A stretch of 15,521 nucleotides of DNA from Octopus sinensis (lineage: Eukaryota). The notes beneath the pieces are model-generated. The model made no database searches and had not been told where the DNA came from. It saw nothing but the letters and a program-made list of their open reading frames with translations. The stretch lies in assembly GCF_006345805.1 (NCBI RefSeq), contig NW_021825723.1:1-15521 (forward strand). Direction: 5' to 3'. This document shows positions 1 through 9,290 of the stretch, one piece after another; positions within the stretch are counted from its first letter, which is position 1; each line of letters begins with the position of its first letter. A program made the translations under genes and the position numbers.

Positions 1-1235
1 GAACAATTATTTCCTAATTGATGACACTATCGTCAGAAATGCGGAATTGCGATGGGGACGAAAGCAGCTCCTGTTCTTGCGAACCAATAATGGATTATTT
101 TGATTCACCTTATATGAAGTATCACTTCAGAAATATGGTTACCCATTTTACCTCTACATAAGAGAAATTTGAAGCGATACCTGTATGACTGCTTTATCAT
201 CTGGAGGAGAACATCGACAAACTTTTGGATTTCAAAACAACACTAAATGACATAAATAGTAACCATTTAATTCACAATGGAATATAACAAAGAACAACTT
301 CCATTTTTAGACATCATGATAAAAAAAGTTAACAATGAAATCATAACTGACATTTATTATAAACCAACTGATTCAAAACAATATCTTCTCTTTAACTCAT
401 GCCACCCGAAACACATAAAAATAAACATCCCTTTCAACTTAGCAAAAAGGACCTGCACAATAGTGTCTGATAGAACAACTCGGGACCTTCGTCTTGAAGA
501 CCTCAAAACAACACTTATTGAAAGACAATATCCACCCTCACTTATAGACGAGGGAATTAAACGTGCCAAACAATTAGACGCAAAAGCACTAAGAACAAAA
601 AAAACATAGCACCACACCTCAAACCAAAACATTACTTTTTATATCAACACACAGCCCCACAAACAGTGATGCATTCAACACTATTGTGCAAACTCTTCCT
701 TTACTAACTAGAGATCCAAAAATGAACGACATCCTGAAAACACACAAACTCATCAAATGCAAAAAACAAGACAAATCGCTAAAGAGACTACTAACAAATG
801 CGAAGCTTTACAAAACAACCACGAAACCAACTGTTGAAAACTGTGGACGCTCGAACTGTGGAACCTGCCCCAACCTGCTTGAAGGCTCGGATTTCCTTTT
901 CAAACAAGGACAGAGGTTCTCAATTAAAACTAGTTTCACCTTGCCTCTGAGAACCTAATTTATGTAATAACCTGCTCGGGTTGCGGACACCACTATATTG
1001 GACAAACAAGTATGACCTTGGGAAAAGAACCACTCCACATAAGGAGCAAATCCGTTTCCCGCAATACAGACAAATTCCTCTAAGTGAACATATAGAAAAA
1101 TGTGCAGGTAACATCAAACAAAATTTCACAGTCTTCCTTTTCTACTAGTGCAAAGACGCAATCTCTCAACTAGAATGTTTAAATGAAACTTTTTTCATTG
1201 AAAAATACAAAACACGTTTTAATATGCACGCATAA
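1..1235 (+). pseudogene. Disrupted PLE RT-GIY-YIG ORF (CxxC between GIY and YIG, Neptune/Naiad-like)
   Basis: Several frameshifts and stops. Terminates ..NETFFIEKYKTRFNMHA* with TAA at 1233-1235. Catalytic DD reads YD (TAT GAC 184-189). Clade assignment is from recalled motif patterns only. Confidence 0.85.
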
Positions 1236-1521
1236 CCAACTTTTATCTTTTTACATATTTCAATTCACGATTACATCACTGTACATAAATCCCCTACTAA
1301 ACAAGGTTTTTGAAACTTGTCTCTGTCTGTGTACATATATAATCCCCACCCATTACCGAAAGCTGAATAGTTATCTCCCTTACCCACAACAACAACAATA
1401 ATAACGACAACCAATTACCTCTCTTTATTTATCTACTTGTGAAGTCATTAATTCGTGAATTTCATCTCACACAACATGGACCAAATTTCTTCTTAAGAAA
1501 AATATATATTCAAATAAGTAA

Positions 1522-1562
1522 AATATATCATGAATAGCGATAGCGAAACCGGTCGATATATT
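1522..1562 (+). ncRNA. Decayed minimal type I hammerhead ribozyme in the PLE 3' UTR
   Basis: Helix I aatatatc(1522-29)/gatatatt(1555-62), 8 bp. Core reads ATGAATA (1530-36, two changes from CTGAAGA). Helix II GC-gata-GC. GAAA 1545-48. Palindromic ACCGGT, then GUC site at 1554. Confidence 0.6.
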
Positions 1563-1614
1563 AAAAATTATATTAAAACTATGTAAGTGTGCGTATTTTC
1601 CGTTTTTAATTTCT

Positions 1615-1616
<2 letters not shown>

Positions 1617-1652
<36 letters not shown>
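1617..1652. repeat. (TA)/(CA)n microsatellite
   Basis: Directly visible. Confidence 0.95.
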
Positions 1653-1653
<1 letters not shown>

Positions 1654-2261
1654 GATGACTGAGGAAGACCATCACTGACCATTGCTCATGCAAAATGCAA
1701 GTGCATGAGGTTATTGCATCAGTAGTTTGCTTCTCATGGGTTCAATGCTCATTTTGGAGCCCTTCAATTTCACCAGAAATTGGATAGTCGCCTTGCTGGT
1801 GATTGCTTAACCCAGGAATTCAGGTCGAATAAGGTTTGCACAGCACTTCACAGATCCTCTCCAGGAACAAGTCAGGGGCAAGATATCCAGCGCCAGTATG
1901 GGTGGCAGGCTCAGGAATGTAGGAGTACCATGTTGTCAAGTTCAGGCAAAAGATCTGGTTTTATATCGGAGTGACCTCCTAGAGACATGCTTTAACAAAA
2001 TCTAAGTGGTACCTCACTCGGAGCGGTCTTCCAGCACGCCGGACAGCACCTGAAATCATGTCAGATCACCTGTGAGGTCTGCCATATGTGCTACAAGTAG
2101 CATAGAATCCAGTACAACTTGTTACACGGTTGGGTCGTCAACGATAAAACCAGACACCGCCAGTAGGCTTGCTTGGTGAGACGGGTTGCTAGATTGCCAG
2201 CGGGTCTCAAAACAAAAACATGGACCAACGACTATCTGGCAATTGCCATGGTCCTCAGAAA

Positions 2262-2488
2262 TATGTGTGTGCGTGTGCGTATATGAATATGTATATGCAT
2301 ATGTATGTGTATGTATAAGTATGTATATGTATATATGTATGTATACATGTATGTATACATGTATATATATCTATATACATATATACATATATACGTATAT
2401 ATATGTATGTGTGTGTATGTATATATGTATGTATATATTTTTACATGTATATATATATATACATGCTTATATATATTTGTGTGTGTGT

Positions 2489-2573
<85 letters not shown>
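2262..2573. repeat. Compound (TG/TA/TATG)n then (GA)n microsatellite
   Basis: Directly visible; explains ORFs 2186-2584 and 2305-2598. Confidence 0.95.
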
Positions 2574-2577
<4 letters not shown>

Positions 2578-3442
2578 GAAATGAAGATGCATTATTAACG
2601 ATTTATTTAGCTTTCACGCGTTTCCAATAGTCTGACATAACCGAAGCTGCATATTGCTTCATATGATCGGCTAAAATGTCATAGGAAAAGAAGAATTAGG
2701 TGCCATGCTATTGATTTCAAGCCAGAATGCTAATGCTAAATTTAGTTTACATTGGAATAATGTGGGAGAGTTTACAGTAATAATCTCAATATCATTGACT
2801 GGTATTTTTATTGACCAGTGTCCGTGTCATAACCAAGGGGAGGCATATTTATCAGCAATTGTATATATCTTTTCAAACAGAATTGTAATTTAGTCTGTAA
2901 TGTTGTTAAGTACAACTTAATAAATAAAGGAAAGCAGAAAATCAGAATCTGTTAAGAAAAATTTGCTTTTGATTGTTGAATGAACTTATAGTGAGTTGAA
3001 ATAATTTTCCATAAACTGAATAAAATATGGCATATGTGCGTACGCTCATACACACGCCGGCGCGCACGCACACACACACACTTGACCGTTGGGACAGTTT
3101 ATGTTAAGCAAAAATTACATTACATATAATCAATAAAGAAAAAAAAATACACCAAACGTATTTATTCTCTCATTTATACAAACACTCGCACACGTATACA
3201 CACACATATATACACACGTATTGTATAAATGCCAGAAACTTGTATTTCACCTCCCACACACACTCTCTCTCTCTCTCTCTGTCGCAATATATATACATAC
3301 ATGAGTGAATAGACAACTGAAAGGAAAATGGTACTCAACACATTCAGTGAGCGTCAAATATTATTTAAATCCGTTTCATTCGACTTCATGCGACTCAAAG
3401 TTTCGCCAAGTTTCGCCTGTTTACAGAAACCTGGCACGTTCA

Positions 3443-3773
3443 GATTTGCTTCCCAATCACATGGTTCTGGTTTCAATCCTACAGCGAGACACTTCGGGCC
3501 GACCAAAACCTTGTGAGTGGATTTGGTAGAGAGAAACTGAAACAGCCTGTTATGTGTGCGCGCCCCCTTTTGTCCCCCACCAACGCTTGACAATTGGTGC
3601 TGGTGTTTTTACGTCTTCGTAATCTAGCGGTTCGGCAATGGGGGGAGCGATAGAATAAGTACCAGGGTATAAAAAATAAGTACTGGGCTCAATTCATTCG
3701 ACTTAACTAAAAATTCTTTAAAGCAGTGCTCCAGCATGGCCGCAGTCTAAAGACTGAAATAAATAAAAGATAA
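3443..3773 (+). mobile_element. tRNA-derived SINE of the Octopus type, 5'-eroded and internally deleted
   Basis: B-box-like GGTTTCAATCC (3469-79); cgggccgaccaaa.ccttgtgagtggatttggtaga; gatagaataagtac; gtgctccagcatggccgcagtc..gactgaaa; ends aaataaaagataa. Recognised from memory of a very abundant Octopus SINE, not searched. Confidence 0.82.
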
Positions 3774-3936
3774 TATGTGTGTGTATGTGTATATTATATA
3801 CACACACTCGTAAGTTTCCGGATGATTTAGTATATTATGTAAGCTAATCCCTTTAAAGAAGTATAAGCGATAGTGGGGCAAGTAAGAAATTAGAATAAAT
3901 TTATATGATATTAAGATACATTAATCGGTATTATAT

Positions 3937-4123
3937 TTATTTTGGGAAAATTTGGAAAGTTCCATTATACAAATGTGAAGAACGTGACAGTAGTTCGTTC
4001 CGCTTATTTATTAGGTTAAAACTGCATTTAAGGGGCTGCAACGTCTCATCGAGGCATAAATTACGGCTAACATTCCCGTCATTACGCAGTAGGGCACTAC
4101 CTATTACAGACAATTCAATAGAA
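3937..4123 (-). pseudogene. C-terminal part of the GIY-YIG domain of a second PLE (continues 5690-6835)
   Basis: Minus frame SIELSVIGSALLRNDGNVSRNLCLDETLQPLKCSFNLINKRNELLSRSSHLY..* resembles the PLE pattern IxWSII..A.PY..G...CNLCL.EK..I....NLLNKR.EL.S.C.H. Stop at 3937-3939. Confidence 0.7.
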
Positions 4124-5689
4124 CATCCTAGAAAAAAAGATTTATTGTCTGCTACCCAGACAAATGGTGCAGTTCCAAACTAAATCGAGTACGCTGATTT
4201 CGAATCTGAACACAGAATTGCTGTAGCACGTGAAGATTTTGAGTTATGCGCATGATTATATATTAATACTGTATTAGTATCAGGAATAGTTAATTTCAAT
4301 GTAAATAATAATTATAATAGTATATTAGTTAGTATTGTATGTTGTAAATTTATGTTCAAGGCAAATAGTATTATAATAAAATGCTACACAATATATTTCT
4401 GTTAAGGGAATCCTCACTTTGTTTTTGATATGCTCAGCTAAGAAATGTTTGAGACACTTGCTTTTGCGCCTATGCGTCGTGCTGGTCTTCCATTGTAGGA
4501 ACCAGCAGTAGTCACCCATCATGCATAGATTGAACCACACTTGATACCATGTTTCCATCTCAGATATGTCCTGGTTGAACCTCTAACCATGCTCATCACT
4601 AACGGCACCAAGATTCGTTGGATAAAAATCGAGATGAGAATGCAAGTGCATTTTAAGGGACATTTGGCATTCCACTCTTTCATACGTTGTTAGCATGTCT
4701 TTTATCAAATCAGTATGGTTTTCAGCTCTATGATTTCCAAGTAAGTTCTGTACAGCTAACACGAATGAATCCCATGCTGTCAGCTCAGCTGGATTCAATT
4801 TAACTTTGAATTTGCTATCAGACATCAATACTCTGATCTTGGGTCCAATGAAAATGCCTGCTTTCAGTTTTATGCCACTTTTCTCTGCACCAAATTTTAC
4901 TCTTAGGTATTGGAAGCCACAACAAGCGTGTGTCGTTGCTTTTACAAAGTTTTTCCTGAAGGCCAGATTGATGTTAAGGGGTGGATGGAAGATTTTTTCT
5001 GGGTTTACCAGCGGCACATACTGCACATTGTAGCGACCAGTTATGCGCTGATCTCTTTTAGAGCAGTCTTTTACAGTGTAATGGTTGCTGTCATCACGAC
5101 TGTTCCAAACACACAAGAAGTGCATATTTTTGATGTATTCCAGCTGCAGTCCTAGGAGGAGGTAAATCATCTTTAAATCACCAGAAATATTTCACTTATG
5201 AACTGAGTAATTAACTCCTTTCAGAATGAGTTCCATCGATTCATAAGTTTCTTCCATACCGACAGCATGACCCACAGGAATGGAAGGTTTTTCATTACCA
5301 TTATGTAACAACACAGCTTCGAGGCTAACCTTACACGTGACGGCAGCGCAAACGATACTCAGAGTTACCAAAAAACAAACAGACATATTTGGCGCTTGCA
5401 CACAATACGTCAGCTCCATCTATTGCTAAACTAAATAATGAATTTTCTCATGGTTTGTTTTATTGCTGTTATTTCTTTAATTTTGAATTAAGACCGCTTC
5501 CGTTTTAGCCAATTTTATAATACCACCTATATATATCTAGCCGAAAATATAGTTATCATCTTGCGCATGTGCATAACTCGAAATTCTGACGCGTCAGAAC
5601 AATTCTGAATGTGGATTCGGAATCAGCTTCCACGATTTAGTCCAAGACACATACTTTTACCCCCCAGTAGCAAAATCTTTGTTGTCCTC
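4124..5689 (-). mobile_element. Internally deleted cut-and-paste DNA transposon, Chapaev3-like (CMC)
   Basis: Imperfect subterminal inverted repeats 4180-4254 / 5566-5640 (56/75 by hand). Termini ..aaagattt / aaatctttgttgtcc... Transposase remnants inside. The superfamily call is from memory of this protein family; the exact termini are eroded. Confidence 0.8.
4440..5419 (-). pseudogene. Chapaev3-like transposase remnant
   Basis: SLEAVLLHNGNEKPSIPVGHAVGMEETYESM; LLLGLQ..YIK..HFLCVWNSR; PPLNINLAFRKNFVKA; KAGIFIGPKIR; MSLKMHLHSHLDFYPTNLGAVSDEHG; METWYQ...MMGDYCW. Split by frameshifts, with most of the N-terminal half deleted. Confidence 0.85.
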
Positions 5690-6835
5690 TATAGAAACAA
5701 TTATAATCATTGTTTTAGAAGCTCCAAATAAATTTAATGATGTATTGTTTTCTTTTCTTTTGTATTTAAATGAACACGTGTGTTTACATAACCGAAATTT
5801 AAATGTGGTGCGCAAGCGCTTATATGTTTTTCCTGTGTTATTATAGAGAATTTATAAATTATATTTTCATTTGCGTTTGTTATTGAAGAGGTTTCTAAAT
5901 TTATATAATTCGTTGTGTCTGTCATCACATGTTTCCATCCGACAGGTTCTCAACATTCGTGTTACGTTTACGAGGTGTTGCACTAGGAATATGCCCTGTC
6001 ACGTCAGGATACGTTTGACATACAAATGAATTCCTTAACTGAACTAGACAACCCTGATTCATTACATCTGAGCCTAGATTGTTTATTATTACTGTCATAT
6101 GTACTAGCTAATTCCTTTACCTCAAAATTTCTAAATTTTCTAACATAATACGCAGCTATAACCACAGTTAAACTATGTGTAGTTGAGTGTGGAAACTTAA
6201 CAGTATATCCATTAAATATACAGCTATATTTATTTGAAGGAAGAAAATGTTTGTCCACAGCTATAAAAAATTTACTTGATTTATTTGTAGATACATGAGT
6301 CCCAAAATGGAAGATAATACCAGGTAAACTGGCATTTGCGTGTTCTCCGTTCTCTAAGACTGAGATGAGAGTTGTTAAAATTATTTCGCCTAATGCTTTG
6401 TATATAGTCACTAATAACGTTGGAAGAAGAAGTACACTCAACCCCCAAGTTAAAATCTCTCTTATCATTTATATTTTTATTCTTATATTATATTCATTAG
6501 AATCCAAAGGTTGCCTAATGGCAAGAATGGTTTATCTTTGGTTTTATTCACTGAGTTTGCCCAACCACACGCGCAATTCGTTCTGCTACAAAGAGTTTAT
6601 TATTTGTTGGAATCCTTACAGCACATCGTCTCTTTTCTCCAATAACTTTCATCGTACTATTTACCCCACTATCGTATACCTTAGTATCTTTATTTCTATC
6701 ATTGCCATGGTCACTATCGTCAGTCGTTTGTTTATGTATTTCCCATGCCATGCCTTCTTAATATCTCCATCAACAATATATCGAATTTTCACAGCATAAC
6801 CGGCTCAAGCTAAAGCCAAGTTTCATGTTTCGTTC
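5690..6835 (-). mobile_element. Second, different PLE remnant (RT C-terminal region plus first half of GIY-YIG)
   Basis: Minus: ALA*AGYAVKIRY (~6780-6820); HVSTNKSSKFFIAVDKHFLPSNKYSCIFNGYTVKF.HST; ENIIYKFSI (~5848-5868); TTFKFRLCKHTCSFKYKRKENNTSL. These match the PLE patterns V.TN.G..F....DKHFP..H.Y..IFN..TVK.SYS and FK.R..NH..SF. Confidence 0.78.
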
Positions 6836-6849
6836 AGTCTATTCAAGTT

Positions 6850-7015
6850 GTATGTGCGTGCGTGTGCGTGTGTGCGCGCGCGCGTGTCTGTGTGTATGTC
6901 TGTGTGTGTGGGTACACAAATATAATCATGCACACACATGCACGCACGCACGCAAAGAAACACAAACAACACACACACACACACACACACATACAAATAT
7001 ATATTATATATATAT

Positions 7016-7046
<31 letters not shown>

Positions 7047-7048
7047 CA
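6850..7048. repeat. Compound (TG)/(CA)/(TA)n microsatellite
   Basis: Directly visible. Confidence 0.95.
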
Positions 7049-7216
7049 TTGTTTTCCATTTGTGACTTTCGTTGTTCGAAAGAATAGTTCATGTTCCATG
7101 TAATCGTGCTTCTTGTGTTTTTGTTGCACACGTTTCATGACGTCCTGCTTATATATATATATATACGTATAGATGTATGTACATATACGCATGTATATAT
7201 GAATATAATTAATACA

Positions 7217-7328
<112 letters not shown>

Positions 7329-7355
7329 ATATATATATTATTTATATTATTATAT

Positions 7356-7985
7356 GATTGAACGCCACGCATCCTCTTCCACGTAAATTTTATCTTAATA
7401 ACTCTGATGTGCACTCTATACGATCTTTTTACTCTTTCGTCTTTTTCTCTTTCTCTCTCTCTTTTATTCTTTTACCTCCTCTTCTCCCACTATTCTTTTC
7501 TATTACTTTCTCACTCTCTCTCCCTCACTCCTCCCTTGCTCACGTGGCTCCCACGTGACCATCGGCCATCTTTCTTCTCCTAACTTCTGTTTTTTTCTCT
7601 CTCCGTTGTAGCTGGAACAAGGAAGCAGCGTTCTTGTTTGTCTCCTGTCCACTCTTGATTTACGCCACCACAAGCTTGTTTAGGCTTAGCAGCCCTTCGA
7701 GTTAGTTTTCACTCTTCTGTTTGTGTTACCTATTTTGACCTACCGCAGAATCCCAAATTTTGCTTAATTTGCTTTGCGGGAGCAACTGTTCTATCGAAAG
7801 CGTATATTCTTGTTAAATGCACGAAATACGAGACTAGAAAAACAGCCAACAACTGATGAAGGGTCGTTCTTTATGTTGTTTTATTTTGTTTTCCATTTGT
7901 GTCTCTCGTTGTTCGAAGAATAGTTCATGTTCCATGTAATCGTGCTTCTTGTGTTTTTGTTGCACACGTTTCATGACGTCCTGCT
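7356..7985 (+). mobile_element. 5'-truncated PLE 3' end / pLTR, copy 1
   Basis: Starts GA-TTG-AAC, which fits the terminal GLN of many PLE GIY-YIG ORFs (inference). Contains hammerhead cores and ends at (TA)n. Confidence 0.6.
7786..7868 (+). ncRNA. Candidate non-circularly permuted hammerhead ribozyme (family 2, copy 1)
   Basis: cgtat-A-ttcttg (7801-12) precedes GAAA-tacg (7823-30), which precedes caacaa-CTGATGA (7847-59). Helix III 5/5, helix I 5/6, extra closing helix 7786-95/7832-45 with bulges. Helix II is poor. Confidence 0.55.
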
Positions 7986-8052
7986 TATATATATATATAT
8001 ACGTATAGATGTATGTACATATACGCATGTATATATGAATATAATTAATACA

Positions 8053-8088
<36 letters not shown>

Positions 8089-8129
8089 TATATACATATA
8101 TATATTATATATATATATATATATAATAT

Positions 8130-8177
<48 letters not shown>

Positions 8178-8196
8178 ATTATTTATATTATTATAT

Positions 8197-8830
8197 GATT
8201 GAACGCCACGCATCCTCTTCCACGTAAATTTTATCTTAATAACTCTGATGTGCACTCTATACGATCTTTTTACTCTTTCGTCTTTTCTCTTCTCTCTCTC
8301 TTTTATTCTTTTACCTCCTCTTCTCCCACTATTCTTTTCTATTACTTTCTCACTCTCTCTCCCTCACTCCTCCCTTGCTCACGTGGCTCCCACGTGACCA
8401 TCGGCCATCTTTCTTCTCCTAACTTCTGTTTTTTTCTCTCTCCGTTGTAGCTGGAACAAGGAAGCAGCGTTCTTGTTTGTCTCCTGTCCACTCTTGATTT
8501 ACGCCACCACAAGCTTGTTTAGGCTTAGCAGCCCTTCGAGTTAGTTTTCACTCTTCTGTTTGTGTTACCTATTTTGACCTACCGCAGAATCCCAAATTTT
8601 GCTTAATTTGCTTTGCGGGAGCAACTGTTCTATCGAAAGCGTATATTCTTGTTAAATGCACGAAATACGAGACTAGAAAAACAGCCAACAACTGATGAAG
8701 GGTCGTTCTTTATGTTGTTTTATTTTGTTTTCCATTTGTGTCTCTCGTTGTTCGAAAGAATAGTTAATGTTCCATGTAATCGTGCTTCGTATTTTTTGTT
8801 GTTCACGTTTCATGATGTCCCGTGTCCACA
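8197..8830 (+). mobile_element. 5'-truncated PLE 3' end / pLTR, copy 2
   Basis: Near-identical to 7356-7985, with a divergent last ~45 nt. Confidence 0.6.
8625..8707 (+). ncRNA. Candidate non-circularly permuted hammerhead ribozyme (family 2, copy 2)
   Basis: Identical to 7786-7868 at +839; CTGATGA at 8692-8698. Confidence 0.55.
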
Positions 8831-8834
8831 TATG

Positions 8835-8873
<39 letters not shown>

Positions 8874-9050
8874 TACTGGGAGAAGAAGAAGAAACGAAAC
8901 GAAACGGAACGAATCGAATCGAATCGACGCGAAGGCGCTCAGTCATACAATAGTGTAATAAATAAAATATATGCATACATACATACATATATGTACGTAC
9001 CTACATCTACATGTATATATACATGCATATATAAATATATATACGTGAGT

Positions 9051-9290
9051 ACGCGAAGTAATTTCCTTTAATTTCTTCGCAGGAAGGGCTAGTTCGACGA
9101 GTCGTGTTCTGTCCTCACCTTCGAAACACGCTGGAGTTGAACTAGGGACAGCTGATGAAAGGGATTTTTCCTTGTGTAGTTTGTCTAGTACTCTGTTTTT
9201 TCTTTGTAAAAAAAGGTTCGTTCCATGCTTGTTTTTACGTTTTCGTTCTCGTTGAGTTCTGCGTCTACTTGTGGTGTCCTGTACTCACGT
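9051..9290 (+). mobile_element. Short microsatellite-flanked PLE-like 3' end (family 1), homologous to the tails of the tandem units
   Basis: Same order of hairpin, permuted hammerhead, T-rich tail (gttc..gttccatg) and TGRYGTCCYG motif, then (TA)n. Confidence 0.6.
9089..9163 (+). ncRNA. Candidate non-circularly permuted hammerhead ribozyme (family 1)
   Basis: Helix III cgtgt(9103-07)/Acacg(9126-30) 5 bp; GUU site at 9108; helix I ctgtcc(9109-14)/ggacag(9146-51) 6 bp; GAAA 9123-26; CTGATGA 9152-58; helix II cctt(9118-21)/aagg(9159-62); extra helix ctagttcgac(9089-98)/gttgaactag(9136-45), 10 bp with one G-U. Confidence 0.72.

Larger units (their letters stand above)
1..1620 (+). mobile_element. 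Penelope-like retroelement (PLE) remnant: RT, Zn-knuckle linker, GIY-YIG, 3' UTR/pLTR; 5' end runs off the window
   Basis: Manual translation across frameshifts: YRQKCGIAMGTKAAPVLAN (RT motif 4), RYLYDCFIIW at 175-204 (YxDD decayed), LPFLD..DIYYKPTD..YLLFNSCHP (ORF 277-609), CGRSNCGTC, NLIYVITCSGCGHHYIGQT (952-1008). Ends at (TA)(CA)n ~1617. Confidence 0.9.

Noticed and set aside
1654-2260. Higher-GC block with weak gypsy-RT-like words on minus (LDFVKAC, KC..EFLG)
   Set aside because: The motifs are too close together and too degraded to support a call by eye. TBLASTX against Dfam/Repbase would decide.
2220-2260. Minus-strand CTGAGGA followed by the palindrome tggcaattgcca and nested ggacca/tggtcc
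   Set aside because: GATA instead of GAAA and no helix I or III partner, so not a supportable hammerhead.
3800-3840. Minus-strand GAAA-CT-TACG-AG-T in the 3' UTR of the second PLE (helix III with a UNCG loop)
   Set aside because: The position is right, but the CUGANGA core is unrecognisable, helix II is absent and position 17 is G. At most a heavily decayed ribozyme.
6680-6730. Minus-strand CTGACGA...GAAA within the second PLE
   Set aside because: No helix I complement and a weak helix II; it lies in former coding sequence.
6365-6799. 144-aa hydrophobic plus-strand ORF
   Set aside because: It is the antisense shadow of the AT-rich minus-strand PLE, with no recognisable domain.
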